A stretch of 64,000 nt of DNA from Hyphococcus sp. (GCA_028284345.1 JANQRY010000007.1:5269-69268), one strand, 5' to 3'. Positions 1 through 9,301 are shown, numbered from the stretch's first letter. A program made the numbers and translations. Notes: generated from the letters alone by a model not told the origin.

Positions 1-744
1 GCCGTTTTCGACGAGGCGCGCCCAGGCGTCTTGCGGCGTTGAGGCGTAGTGAAAAAGCTTGAGATCGTCCGGGCTGATCATGCCGTGATCGGCGATTTTT
101 CGGAAATTGACCGCCTCGGACCAATAGGACTCGTCGAACAGGACGATGGGCAGTTTCGGCGCCTTTTCGGTCTGTACGAGGGTCAGCAATTCGAACAGCT
201 CATCGAACGTGCCGAAGCCCCCGGGAAAGATCACCAGCGCGGCGGCGCGCATGGCGAAATGCATCTTCCGCATACCGAAATAATGAAACTGAAAGGTGAG
301 GTCCGGGGTCGAATAGGGGTTCGGCTCCTGTTCAAAGGGCAGGCGGATGTTGAAGCCGATGGATGGCGCGCCGGCGTCCGCGGCGCCGCGGTTCGCCGCT
401 TCCATGATGCCGCCGCCGCCGCCCGTGGCGATGACGTTGTCGCGGCGGCCATTGTGATCCCTATCGAGGGCGCCGCCCCGTTCCGATGCAATCCGCGCAA
501 ATTCCCGCGCTGCGTCGTACCAGCGGCCGTGCTCGCCATTGCCGTTTTCAATCGTCCGGGCCGAGCCGAAGACGACGATGGTGGATCTGACGCCCCATTT
601 TCTGAGGGCCTGTTCGGCCTTTTCATATTCCAGCAGAAAGCGCACGCCGCGCTGGGGATCGTCGAGGAGAAAATCCTGATCGAGCGCCGCGAGCCGGTAG
701 GCGGGCGACGCCATCTGGTCTGCATTGGGTTTTTTTCCGCTCAT
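1..744 (-). CDS. LOG family (TIGR00730-like) nucleotide phosphoribohydrolase, runs off the window edge
   Basis: Manual translation from ATG at 744: MSGKKPNADQMASPAYRL...VVFGSAR...TGGGGGIMEAANRGA...RKMHF...FPGGFGTFDELFE (LOG PGGxGTxxE motif). Its ATG overlaps the upstream stop (ATGA). Confidence 0.9.
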   Translation of the reverse strand, partial: MSGKKPNADQMASPAYRLAALDQDFLLDDPQRGVRFLLEYEKAEQALRKWGVRSTIVVFGSARTIENGNGEHGRWYDAAREFARIASERGGALDRDHNGRRDNVIATGGGGGIMEAANRGAADAGAPSIGFNIRLPFEQEPNPYSTPDLTFQFHYFGMRKMHFAMRAAALVIFPGGFGTFDELFELLTLVQTEKAPKLPIVLFDESYWSEAVNFRKIADHGMISPDDLKLFHYASTPQDAWARLVENG

Positions 745-1673
745 CGTCCTTTCGCCGCCTCGTTGGCTATGCATGTCTTGTAGAGGGTCTGCAGGCGCTC
801 GACCATGGGTCCGCGTCCGCCCGAGATGCGTCGTCCGTCAACCTCGCGGACGGGCGTGACCCCGGCGAACGTGCCGGTGACGAAGGCTTCGTCGGCGCCG
901 TAGACATCGTGCAGGGAGAAATTCTTTTCCCGCGCGGCGATACCGTTGGCGCGGGCGAGATCGAGGATTAGCCCCCGTGTAATCCCGCCGAGGCAGAAAT
1001 CCCCCGTTGAGGTCCAGAGTTCGCCGTTCTGTACAATGAAGAAATGGGTCGAGTTGCAGGTGGCGACAAAGCCGTGGGGGTCCAGCATCAGGGCCTCGTC
1101 GGCGCCGGCCTTCGCCGCCTGGATGCAGCCGAGAATACAGTTGAGTTTCGAGTGGGAGTTGAGCTTCTGATCCTGCACGTCGGGATAACCGCGCCGCACA
1201 TGCACGGTAAAGAGCGATGCGCCGGCGCGCGCAGTCTCCGGGCGCGGCGTCTTGAATTCCGGGATAATCACGATGGTCGGCGGCGTGATCGTGGCGCGCG
1301 GGTCCTGATAGGGTGTCGCCTTCACCCCGCGCGAAACCATCAGGCGAATGTGAACGCCGTCATGGGCGTCATTGGCGTCGAGGCAATCGTAAAGCCGTTG
1401 GGTCAGCGTTTCCTTCGAGACGTCCATGTCGAAATCGAGCGTCTTTGCGCCGTCGTAAAGCCTTGTAAGGTGTCGGTCGAGAAAGGCGATGACGCCCTTG
1501 CCCCCCGGGCCCGGATGGACGCGCAGGCCCTCCCAAACGCCGTCGCCGAGGACGAAGCCGGAATCGAATACGGAGACTTTGGCTTCGTCCCGGGGAAAGC
1601 GTTCGCCGTTCACGTCGATGAGAATGTGCGCATTACGCGGATCGGGCTGATAGGCGTGCGTCGCATGGGTCAT
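741..1673 (-). CDS. PLP-dependent class IV aminotransferase (BCAT/DAT/ADC-lyase family)
   Basis: SVFDSGFVLGDGVWEGLR, KLNSHSKLN, LGGITR and TGTFAGVTPV are fold-type IV motifs. Confidence 0.92.
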   Translation of the reverse strand: MTHATHAYQPDPRNAHILIDVNGERFPRDEAKVSVFDSGFVLGDGVWEGLRVHPGPGGKGVIAFLDRHLTRLYDGAKTLDFDMDVSKETLTQRLYDCLDANDAHDGVHIRLMVSRGVKATPYQDPRATITPPTIVIIPEFKTPRPETARAGASLFTVHVRRGYPDVQDQKLNSHSKLNCILGCIQAAKAGADEALMLDPHGFVATCNSTHFFIVQNGELWTSTGDFCLGGITRGLILDLARANGIAAREKNFSLHDVYGADEAFVTGTFAGVTPVREVDGRRISGGRGPMVERLQTLYKTCIANEAAKGR

Positions 1674-1765
1674 CGGATTTGCCTTATGACTGCGGTCGGG
1701 ACTGGCATGGCGCGTTGACGCCCTTTATGACTCCGCGCTCGCCATAACAACAGAGGGATTGCGCC

Positions 1766-3286
1766 ATGCGTCTGCTATCGTTCATCCTTGTTTTTGCTGT
1801 CTTTATAGCGCCGGCGGCGGCCCAGCGGACGATCGGTTTCGCGGCCCAGGTCGCCGACGGCGACGGCCTCATCGTCGCGGTGAGCGAGCCGGTCAGCCTC
1901 GACGGCCCGAAAGCGCTGATGAGCGAGGCGGCCGGCGCGCAACTGGAGCGCGCGGTCGCCGCATCGCTTTTCACGGGCGCGGTCGGCGAAACCGCGAGCT
2001 TCCTCATGGGCGGCGAGATCGGCGAGGTGCATCTCGTCGCTGTCCCGGCGGGCGACATGGCGCGCCGCGACTGGGCCGATTTCGGCGGCCGGGCCGGGCT
2101 CATCGCCAAGACCAGCAAGGCGCCGCGGCTTTCGGTGCTGGTCTCGGGCGCGAGCCCCGGCGACGCCGCGGCGGCGGCTGAAGGCGCCATTCTCGGCGCC
2201 TATTCCTTTGACAAATACAAGAGCGAAACGCCGGAACTGGTCGAGGGAACGCTGACCTTTATCGTCTCGCAACCGGGGCCCGCCCGCGCGCAGTTTGAGG
2301 GCGAAGCCCGCATCCGCGCCGAAGCGGTCAACTGGGCGCGCGACATGCAATCCGAACCGGGGAACGCGCTCTATCCGGAAGAATTCGTGCGCCGCGCCCG
2401 CGCCGCCTTTCGCGGCGTCGGCGGCGTGACTATCAGCGTTCTTAACGAGCGCGACATGGCGCGGCTCGGCATGAATGCGCTCCTCGCCGTCGGCCGCGGA
2501 TCGGTGCGCCCGCCGCGATTGCTCATTATACGGTATAATGGCGGTGCGGACGGCGATGCGCCCATGGTCTTCGCCGGCAAGGGCATCACCTTCGACACTG
2601 GCGGCGTTTCGCTGAAACCCAATTCCGGCATGTGGAAGATGAAATACGACATGACCGGCGCCGCCGCTGTGACCGGCGCCGTCCTGTCGCTGGCGAAATC
2701 AAGGGCGCCGGTCAATGTCGTCGCCGTCGCCGCCATGGCGGAGAACATGCCCGACGGCGCCGCCCAGCGGCCGGGCGACGTCTGGCGCGCGATGTCCGGC
2801 ACGACAGTGGAGATCATGTCGACCGACGCGGAGGGCCGGCTCGTGCTCGCCGACGCCGTCTGGCACGCCCAGGAAGCGTTCGATCCGTCGCTGCTCGTGG
2901 ACGTGGCGACGCTCACCGGGTCCGTCGGCCGCGCGCTGGGCGACGAATATGCCGGGCTGTTTGTGCGCGACGATGCGATCGGCGCGCGGCTCAAGGCGGC
3001 GGGCGAGGCGACCGGCGAGGATCTCTGGCGCCTGCCGCTGCACCCCAATCACGACGTGCAAATCGAATCGCTGGTCGCCGACATCAAGAACGCCGACGCC
3101 GGTGCGCCCGGCGCATCCACGGCCGCGGCGTTTATCGGTTCTTTCATCAAACCGGAAACGCCCTGGGCGCATCTTGATATCGCCGGCGTCGCCTGGCGCG
3201 AGGAGCCGACGGCGACGCAACCGATTGGCGGGTCCGGCTTCGGCGTCAGGCTGCTGGACCGGCTGGCCCGGGAAGGGGCGAATTAA
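1766..3286 (+). CDS. M17 leucyl aminopeptidase with N-terminal signal peptide
   Basis: AGKGITFDTGG, MKYDMTG, TDAEGRL and WAHLDIAG are M17 motifs. N-terminus MRLLSFILVFAVFIAPAAA-Q looks like a Sec signal. GAGGGA precedes the ATG. Confidence 0.93.
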   Translation: MRLLSFILVFAVFIAPAAAQRTIGFAAQVADGDGLIVAVSEPVSLDGPKALMSEAAGAQLERAVAASLFTGAVGETASFLMGGEIGEVHLVAVPAGDMARRDWADFGGRAGLIAKTSKAPRLSVLVSGASPGDAAAAAEGAILGAYSFDKYKSETPELVEGTLTFIVSQPGPARAQFEGEARIRAEAVNWARDMQSEPGNALYPEEFVRRARAAFRGVGGVTISVLNERDMARLGMNALLAVGRGSVRPPRLLIIRYNGGADGDAPMVFAGKGITFDTGGVSLKPNSGMWKMKYDMTGAAAVTGAVLSLAKSRAPVNVVAVAAMAENMPDGAAQRPGDVWRAMSGTTVEIMSTDAEGRLVLADAVWHAQEAFDPSLLVDVATLTGSVGRALGDEYAGLFVRDDAIGARLKAAGEATGEDLWRLPLHPNHDVQIESLVADIKNADAGAPGASTAAAFIGSFIKPETPWAHLDIAGVAWREEPTATQPIGGSGFGVRLLDRLAREGAN

Positions 3287-3407
3287 CCCGGCGTAACGAA
3301 CCCCGGCGACGCCATCGAGCGAATGCGGGCGCGGCCCGTGGAGCGTATCCTTGTCGCGCGCGCTTTGATATGGTGGCGGGCGGCCAGGGGCCGCCCCGGG
3401 GGACATA

Positions 3408-4118
3408 ATGCTGTCGCTGCTTGAACGACTTTCACGAAGGCTCGCCGATGACGGCGTGGGGGCGACGGCGGAACACCTTCGCATGCGCGCCCATGAGCGC
3501 TATCGCGACTGGCGCCTCGGCGTTGATACATGCGGGGCCATTTCCTCCAGCGCCTTGGGCGGCGATGCGTCTTGCGTCGACTACGAGCCGGTAAACTACA
3601 AATGCCTTGATGCGGCCATGGATTACCTCGATGTGCGCGCAGGCGAGGACGTGTTTCTCGACTATGGATGCGGCAAGGGGCGCGCCGTGGCTTACGCCGC
3701 GACAATGCCCTTCCGGAGGATCATCGGCGTCGATCGCGCGCCGGAACTATGCGCGGCGGCGAAAGACAATTTGCGCCGCATCAAACCGCCCGTGCGCTGC
3801 GCCGATATCGACATCGTCACGGCGGACGCGCGCGTCTTCGATCCGCCGGACGATGCAACCGTCATTTTCATGTTCAACCCGTTCACGGGACAGATACTCG
3901 CCGATGTTCAGGAAAAGATCCGGCAATCCCTGGCGCGCGCGCCGCGGAAAATGACGCTGATTTATCTCTATCCCCATCAGCGCCAGGAGGATGCGTTCGC
4001 CGGGCGGCCATGGATCAGAAAAACCTGTGAATTGCCGACCCGCTCCTGGCGCAGCATTTCGACTCTCGCCATCTACGAAAGCGTCAACGACGCCGCCGCG
4101 GCGAACGCAGCGGAATAG
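3408..4118 (+). CDS. Class I SAM-dependent methyltransferase
   Basis: FLDYGCGKG motif I, IIGVD, DAR and FMFNPF. Confidence 0.85.
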   Translation: MLSLLERLSRRLADDGVGATAEHLRMRAHERYRDWRLGVDTCGAISSSALGGDASCVDYEPVNYKCLDAAMDYLDVRAGEDVFLDYGCGKGRAVAYAATMPFRRIIGVDRAPELCAAAKDNLRRIKPPVRCADIDIVTADARVFDPPDDATVIFMFNPFTGQILADVQEKIRQSLARAPRKMTLIYLYPHQRQEDAFAGRPWIRKTCELPTRSWRSISTLAIYESVNDAAAANAAE

Positions 4119-4184
4119 TCGGGCGCCGCGATCCCTTGGCAGTGTCTTAATTTAAGCTTGAAGCGGCGTTCTTATCTGGTTCCG

Positions 4185-4312
4185 GTCATTCCGGACAAGC
4201 GCGCCTTGGCGCGCGCAGATCCGGAACCCATGGCTCAACATTTAAGACCTTATTGCGTTTCGGCTTCAGTCCCTGGATTCCGGGTTCGACCTGACGGTCG
4301 CCCCGGAATGAC
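4185..4312. repeat. Palindromic REP/RPE-like element (GTCATTCCGG...CCGGAATGAC)
   Basis: Perfect 10-bp terminal inverted repeat with two internal hairpins. A degenerate outer inverted repeat lies at 4141-4153 / 4342-4354. Confidence 0.8.
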
Positions 4313-4438
4313 AAAAGGGTAAATGTCGGTCATTGGATTTCAAACTGAGACGCTACTAATCCTGTTTTCTCCTTGGCCGAGCCCTTTGACCAACCCCCGC
4401 GCTGCGGCCTAGCATGGGGTAAAACCGGGGAGAGGCTG

Positions 4439-4819
4439 ATGTCGGACGCGAAAAAACAACCTGTCGGCTCCGTCGGCTGGCGGGATCTGACCGTTGAAAA
4501 TGCGGACGACGTACGCGACTTTTACGCCGCCGTGACGGGATGGACCGTACACGAAACGTCCATGGGCGATTATTCCGACTACACCATGATGGACGCGAAT
4601 GGCGAAGCGGTCGGCGGCGTCTGTCATGCGCGGGGGCCGAACGCCGATCTTCCAGCCCAATGGCTGATCTATGTGGTCGTTGAAAATCTCGAAAAGAGCC
4701 TCGACGAAACCCTGAAACGCGGCGGCGACGTGGTCGCGCCGCCGCGCGGGCTCATGGGCGGCAAGATGGCGGTGATCAAGGACCCCGCCGGCGCCGTCCT
4801 TGCGCTGTGGGAGGAATAG
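4439..4819 (+). CDS. VOC / glyoxalase-bleomycin resistance family protein
   Basis: GSVGWRDL...FYAAVTGW...WLIYVVVENLE...IKDPAGAVLALWE. Start moved to ATG 4439, which follows GGGGAGAGG. Confidence 0.88.
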   Translation: MSDAKKQPVGSVGWRDLTVENADDVRDFYAAVTGWTVHETSMGDYSDYTMMDANGEAVGGVCHARGPNADLPAQWLIYVVVENLEKSLDETLKRGGDVVAPPRGLMGGKMAVIKDPAGAVLALWEE

Positions 4820-4833
4820 GACGGGCCGCCGCC

Positions 4834-6075
4834 ATGTCGACTGACGTTTTCCTCAGCTATTCGTCGAAAGACCGGGACAAGGTCCGCCAGATCGTCGCCG
4901 CGCTTGAAGACGCCAACCTCTCCGTGTGGTGGGACCGCGAAATCGGCGCCGGCGTCATGTTCGAACGCAAGATCGAAGAAGCGCTCGACAACGCCAAATG
5001 CGTCGTTGTCGTCTGGTCGCGCGACTCCGTGGAGTCGGACTGGGTGCGCGCCGAAGCCCATGAGGGCCTCTCCCGCGGGGTGCTGGCGCCGTTGATCATC
5101 GACGATGCGAAACCGCCGCTCGCCTTCCGCCAGACCCATCACGTCAAGCTGAACGAAGGGGTGGACGCGCTGGTCGGCGAGGTTCGCCGTATTGTCGCCG
5201 AGAACGAAAAGGAGCCCGACCTTTCTGCACGCGTTCACTATGTAACGACGCCGGATAATGTGAGGCTCGCCTATGTGCGCCAGGGTGCTGGCCCGTCAGT
5301 TGTCAGAAGTCTCGGCTGGTCGACAAGCTGTGCGCTTGAGCTAAGCGGCGAAAACGCCCTGACCAATGCGCTCATCCGTGATTTCGATTTTATTTCCTAT
5401 GACGGGCGCGGCGGCGGCATGTCGGCGCGCGGGGATTTCAAGTGGTCGATCGAAGAACGCTTATGCGACCTTGAAACGGTGATCGACGCGGCGGACCTGA
5501 AAGAAAAGTTCGTCCTTTTCGGCATTTCCGAAGGGAGCCGCGCTGCGATCCTTTACGCTGACAAATATCCGGAGCGCGTCTCGCATCTCGTGCTCGATTC
5601 GCCGTCCCTGCCGTTCATTAATCCCGGTAAAGACGACTACGCATCGATGGCGTGGCTTGTCGACTTTGTGCGCGATCATTGGGGTACGGAAAACCCGCTT
5701 GCGAGCCGGATGATTTGTTCCATCTGGAGCCAGTCGGCGACGCCGGGAGAGCAACGCACCTTCATGCGCCGCCAGCGTGAAAGCATGAGCGCGGAGGCGG
5801 CGTCGCGATATATTTATTTAACGGGAACGCAAAATCTCGACCCGGGGCTGTCAAACCGCATCTGGAGCGCCGTCGCCGCCTTGAAAATCCCGACACTGGT
5901 CTTTCACACGATTGACGATCCGCTGGCGGCGTACGATCTTTCAAAGAAACTGGCGGAAACGGCGCCTAATGCGGAACTCGTGACGTCAACGCTGCCCGAT
6001 CATGGATGCGTCCTCAGCGCGTCTTTTTCGCGGCTGCAGGCGAAGGAAGTGCGGCGGTTTGTTTTAGGGCGCTAG
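4834..6075 (+). CDS. TIR_2 domain fused to alpha/beta-hydrolase
   Basis: N-terminal DVFLSYSSKDR...VWWDREI...CVVVVWSRDSVESDWVRAEA is a TIR. C-terminal YDGRGGGMS, GISEG nucleophile elbow and YPERVSHLVL. Confidence 0.88.
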   Translation: MSTDVFLSYSSKDRDKVRQIVAALEDANLSVWWDREIGAGVMFERKIEEALDNAKCVVVVWSRDSVESDWVRAEAHEGLSRGVLAPLIIDDAKPPLAFRQTHHVKLNEGVDALVGEVRRIVAENEKEPDLSARVHYVTTPDNVRLAYVRQGAGPSVVRSLGWSTSCALELSGENALTNALIRDFDFISYDGRGGGMSARGDFKWSIEERLCDLETVIDAADLKEKFVLFGISEGSRAAILYADKYPERVSHLVLDSPSLPFINPGKDDYASMAWLVDFVRDHWGTENPLASRMICSIWSQSATPGEQRTFMRRQRESMSAEAASRYIYLTGTQNLDPGLSNRIWSAVAALKIPTLVFHTIDDPLAAYDLSKKLAETAPNAELVTSTLPDHGCVLSASFSRLQAKEVRRFVLGR

Positions 6076-6106
6076 CCCCACCGAAAACCAGTTGATCTAA
6101 TTCCCG

Positions 6107-6220
6107 CCCTCATCCTGAGGAGGGCGCGTCAGCGCCCGTCTCGAAGGATATGTGGCAGGCGCTGTGCTCGCGGCTGATCCTTCGAGACGCAAGGCTTCGC
6201 CTTGCTCCTCAGGATGAGGG
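6107..6220. repeat. Palindromic REP/RPE-like element (CCCTCATCCTGAGGAG...CTCCTCAGGATGAGGG)
   Basis: 16-bp terminal inverted repeat, inner GTCTCGAAGGA/TCCTTCGAGAC stem and two side hairpins. It lies between convergent genes. Confidence 0.85.
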
Positions 6221-6271
6221 TGGCGCGTGGATCAAGGCAGCTTCGATACGCTCTAAGCGGCGGCCCTCGCG

Positions 6272-7198
6272 TCAGGAGATCCCAAACTTCTCCAGCGCGG
6301 CTTTTGCAATCGGCTCGCCCCATTCCTGGACGAAATGGCCGGCCTCGGCGACCTCCATCGGTTCCGGACAATTGCGGATGATCTTTTTGAGGATGTGCAT
6401 CGCCTTGGGGCCGAGCACCGGGTCCTGCATGCCGATGGCCATGAAACTGTCGCCGGTCCAGTCCTCTGACCAGAACTGCCGCGCCTTGAGCGAGGTCTCG
6501 ACGCCTTCCGACGACAAGGGCGTTAAGTCCTTGCCTTCCTCTTTCAACATGACGAGTTCCGGGAAGCGGCGCACGCCGCCTTTGTAGGACTGATCCGGGA
6601 AGGGCGCGTCATAGGCGGCGGCCTCCGCATCGGAAAGGATCGGCGTCGCCCGTTTCATCAGCCCGCCGACGTTGAGATCGGGATTGGCGCGGTTGAAGGC
6701 GCGCCATTGGGCGAAGCCCTGGCCCGCTTCCTCGCCGCCCGGGAGCCCCGTATTCATGACGATGAGCCGCGTATAGCGCTCGGGCGCGGCCATGGGCAGG
6801 GTGAGGCCGAGAAGCCCGCCCCAGTCCTGCACGACGAGGCAGACATTTTTAAGGTCAAGCTTCTCGACAAAAGCGAGGAGGGCGTTCCGATGAAAATGAT
6901 AGGTGTAGGTCTCATCGTCGACCGGCTTGTCCGAGCGTCCGAAGCCGAACATGTCGACGGCGACGGCGCGATGGCCGGCTCCCGTAAAGACGGGGATCAT
7001 CTTGCGGAAAAGATAGGCCCATGACGGTTCGCCGTGGATGCACAGGAAGGTAACGTCTGCATCTGCGGGGCCCGTGTCCGCATAATGCATGCGCAGACCC
7101 TCGTAGCCCTTGAGGTCATCTACATAGTTCGGCGCATAATCCCAGCCGGGGAGGTTGTCGAACCGGTCGTCGGGGGTGCGGAGCGCTTCAATGGTCAT
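6272..7198 (-). CDS. Haloalkane dehalogenase, DhlA-like
   Basis: LRTPDDRFDNLP, HGEPSWAYLFRKMIP, VVQDWGG (nucleophile Asp followed by Trp) and AGHFVQE. Confidence 0.88.
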   Translation of the reverse strand: MTIEALRTPDDRFDNLPGWDYAPNYVDDLKGYEGLRMHYADTGPADADVTFLCIHGEPSWAYLFRKMIPVFTGAGHRAVAVDMFGFGRSDKPVDDETYTYHFHRNALLAFVEKLDLKNVCLVVQDWGGLLGLTLPMAAPERYTRLIVMNTGLPGGEEAGQGFAQWRAFNRANPDLNVGGLMKRATPILSDAEAAAYDAPFPDQSYKGGVRRFPELVMLKEEGKDLTPLSSEGVETSLKARQFWSEDWTGDSFMAIGMQDPVLGPKAMHILKKIIRNCPEPMEVAEAGHFVQEWGEPIAKAALEKFGIS

Positions 7199-7210
7199 GG
7201 GGAGTTTCCT

Positions 7211-7606
7211 TTAGCTGGTAAGGCGCAACGCCATCATGATGAGGCCGACAAAACCGGCGAGCCACATGAGCGTGCGCAGGCCGAAGACGCCGAAGAAATA
7301 GGCCGGCAGATAGGCCGCCCGGGCGATCACGAAAACCAGCGCGCCGGTGAGCGCTATGCCGTCCGCCTTGTCGGTGATGATGAGGAGCAGGGCCAGCGGC
7401 AGGAAGAAAAAGAGGGCCTCTTCCATATTGCGCTGGGCGCGGCCGCAGCGCTGCGCGCTGACGGACTTTTCCAGCACCGTGTCGCGGGGCCCGAGGCCGA
7501 CGACGAGGAGGTTGCCCTCGCCCTTGCTGGAATTGAGTTTCAGGACGGCGTGAACGGCGACATACGCGAAATAGAGAAGCAACGCCCAGAGAATATAACT
7601 GATCAT
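7211..7606 (-). CDS. MAPEG family membrane protein
   Basis: Multiple hydrophobic segments, RAQRNMEE, ARAAYLPAY and RTLMW. Confidence 0.8.
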   Translation of the reverse strand: MISYILWALLLYFAYVAVHAVLKLNSSKGEGNLLVVGLGPRDTVLEKSVSAQRCGRAQRNMEEALFFFLPLALLLIITDKADGIALTGALVFVIARAAYLPAYFFGVFGLRTLMWLAGFVGLIMMALRLTS

Positions 7607-7735
7607 TTTGTCTCTCCTCGGTTTGCCGGGTTTCCTTGCCCGGTCTCGCCGCTATAGTCGCGCCGAATGCGGCCGTCGCCAAGCGCCGGCGACAGTTGCC
7701 CCTTAGGATGAGGGACAGAGAAGAAAAGGGAAGAC

Positions 7736-9163
7736 ATGACCGATCATTCCGTAGATCTTGTCGTCATCGGCTCCGGCCCCGGCGGATATGTGGCCGCCAT
7801 TCGCGCCGCGCAGCTGGGGATGAAAACCGCCATCGTCGAGCGCGACGCCCTCGGCGGGGTCTGCCTCAACTGGGGCTGCATCCCGACCAAGGCGCTGCTC
7901 CGGACGTCGGAAATCTACACCAACATGAAGCACGCCGAGGCGTTCGGCCTCAAGGCGGAGAATATCGGCTTCGATATTGAAAAGGTCGTGAAACGCTCGC
8001 GCCAGGTGGCGGGCAAGCTTTCCGGCGGCATCGGTTACTTGATGAAGAAGAACAAGATTGCCGTGATCGAGGGCGAGGCGACATTGGCCAAGGGGCCGGG
8101 CGGAACGGCCGGCGCGCCGCTTGTCAAAGTGAAAACCAAAGACGGTGAGGATACGGTCAAAGCCAAGCACGTGATCCTTGCGACCGGCGCCCGGGCGCGC
8201 ACGATCCCGCAAGCGGGGTTAGAGCCCGACGGCAAGTTCATCTGGACCGCAAAAGAAGCCATGGTCCCCGATGTTATGCCGAAGTCGCTCCTCGTCATCG
8301 GCTCCGGCGCCATCGGCATCGAGTTTGCGAGCTTTTATCGCGCGTTGGGCGCCGAAGTGACCATCGTCGAAATGCTCGATCGCATCCTGCCCGTGGAAGA
8401 CAAGGAAATCTCCGCCTTCGCCGATAAGCAGTTCCAGAAGCAGGGCATGAAAATCCTGACCTCAGCGCAGGTGGAAAAGCTCGACACAGGTGGAAAGCTT
8501 GCCAAGGCGACCATCAAGATGAAAGACGGCAAGACCGAGACCGTGGAGGCCGAGCGCGTGGTGCTCGCCGTGGGCATTGTCGGCAACACGGAGAACATTG
8601 GGCTTGAGGCGGTGGGCGCCAAGGTCGAGCGTGGCCATATCGTGGTCGACGAATGGCTGTCGACCGGCGTGCCCGGTCTCTATGCGATTGGCGATGTCGT
8701 CGGCGCGCCCTGGCTTGCCCACAAGGCGTCTCATGAAGGAGTGATCTGTGTAGAGAAGATCGCCGGCGTCAAGGACGTCCACCCCTTAAATGTCGCAAAT
8801 ATTCCGGGCTGCACCTATTGCCAGCCGCAGATTGCCTCGGTCGGCCTCACCGAAGACAAGGCGAAGGAGCAGGGCTACAAGGTCAAGGTCGGCCGCTTCC
8901 CCTTCAATGGCAACGGCAAGGCGATCGCGCTCGGCGAGCCTGAGGGCCTTGTCAAAACCGTATTCGATGAAAAAACCGGGGAACTGTTAGGCGCCCACAT
9001 GATCGGCGCCGAAGTCACCGAACTCATTCAGGGCTTCGGGCTGGCGCGTTCGGCCGAACTCGTCGAACAGGATTTGATGCACGCCATCTTCCCGCATCCG
9101 ACCCTGAGCGAGATGATGCATGAAAGCGTCCTGGATGCGTATGGACGCGTGATGCATATATAA
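7736..9163 (+). CDS. lpdA: Dihydrolipoyl dehydrogenase (E3)
   Basis: GSGPGGYVAA, GGVCLNWGCIPTK redox disulfide, GSGAIG and HPTLSE. Confidence 0.97.
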   Translation: MTDHSVDLVVIGSGPGGYVAAIRAAQLGMKTAIVERDALGGVCLNWGCIPTKALLRTSEIYTNMKHAEAFGLKAENIGFDIEKVVKRSRQVAGKLSGGIGYLMKKNKIAVIEGEATLAKGPGGTAGAPLVKVKTKDGEDTVKAKHVILATGARARTIPQAGLEPDGKFIWTAKEAMVPDVMPKSLLVIGSGAIGIEFASFYRALGAEVTIVEMLDRILPVEDKEISAFADKQFQKQGMKILTSAQVEKLDTGGKLAKATIKMKDGKTETVEAERVVLAVGIVGNTENIGLEAVGAKVERGHIVVDEWLSTGVPGLYAIGDVVGAPWLAHKASHEGVICVEKIAGVKDVHPLNVANIPGCTYCQPQIASVGLTEDKAKEQGYKVKVGRFPFNGNGKAIALGEPEGLVKTVFDEKTGELLGAHMIGAEVTELIQGFGLARSAELVEQDLMHAIFPHPTLSEMMHESVLDAYGRVMHI

Positions 9164-9164
9164 T

Positions 9165-9224
9165 CGTCATCCCGCGCGCGGCGCGCAGCAACATTTCATG
9201 TTGCGGCGCAGAACCGGGATGACG
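9165..9224. repeat. Short palindromic element (CGTCATCCCG...CGGGATGACG), possible terminator for lpdA
   Basis: 10-bp terminal inverted repeat with internal GCAACAT/ATGTTGC stem, starting 1 nt after the lpdA stop. Confidence 0.65.
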
Positions 9225-9301
9225 CGTTTGGCGGCCTTGGCTGGTGTTTCCGTCGGGCCACACCCGGGGCAACAAACGGCGCCGCGGGCCTCCCGCGACG
9301 G

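Noticed and set aside
49-783. 244-aa plus-strand ORF and the many other long overlapping ORFs (e.g. 24360-25835, 40902-42389, 59824-61971)
   Set aside because: These are antisense or alternate-frame shadows of well-supported genes, as expected at high GC. They show no recognisable motifs.
1-6075. LOG (SLOG superfamily) gene near a TIR gene as a Thoeris-like system
   Set aside because: The LOG protein is a stand-alone housekeeping type with no SIR2 or other effector domain visible. It is on the opposite strand, 4 kb away, and coupled to an aminotransferase.
7736-9163. lpdA separated from pdhABC and lipA
   Set aside because: A stand-alone lpdA is frequent, and the window does not show where the other dehydrogenase genes lie.
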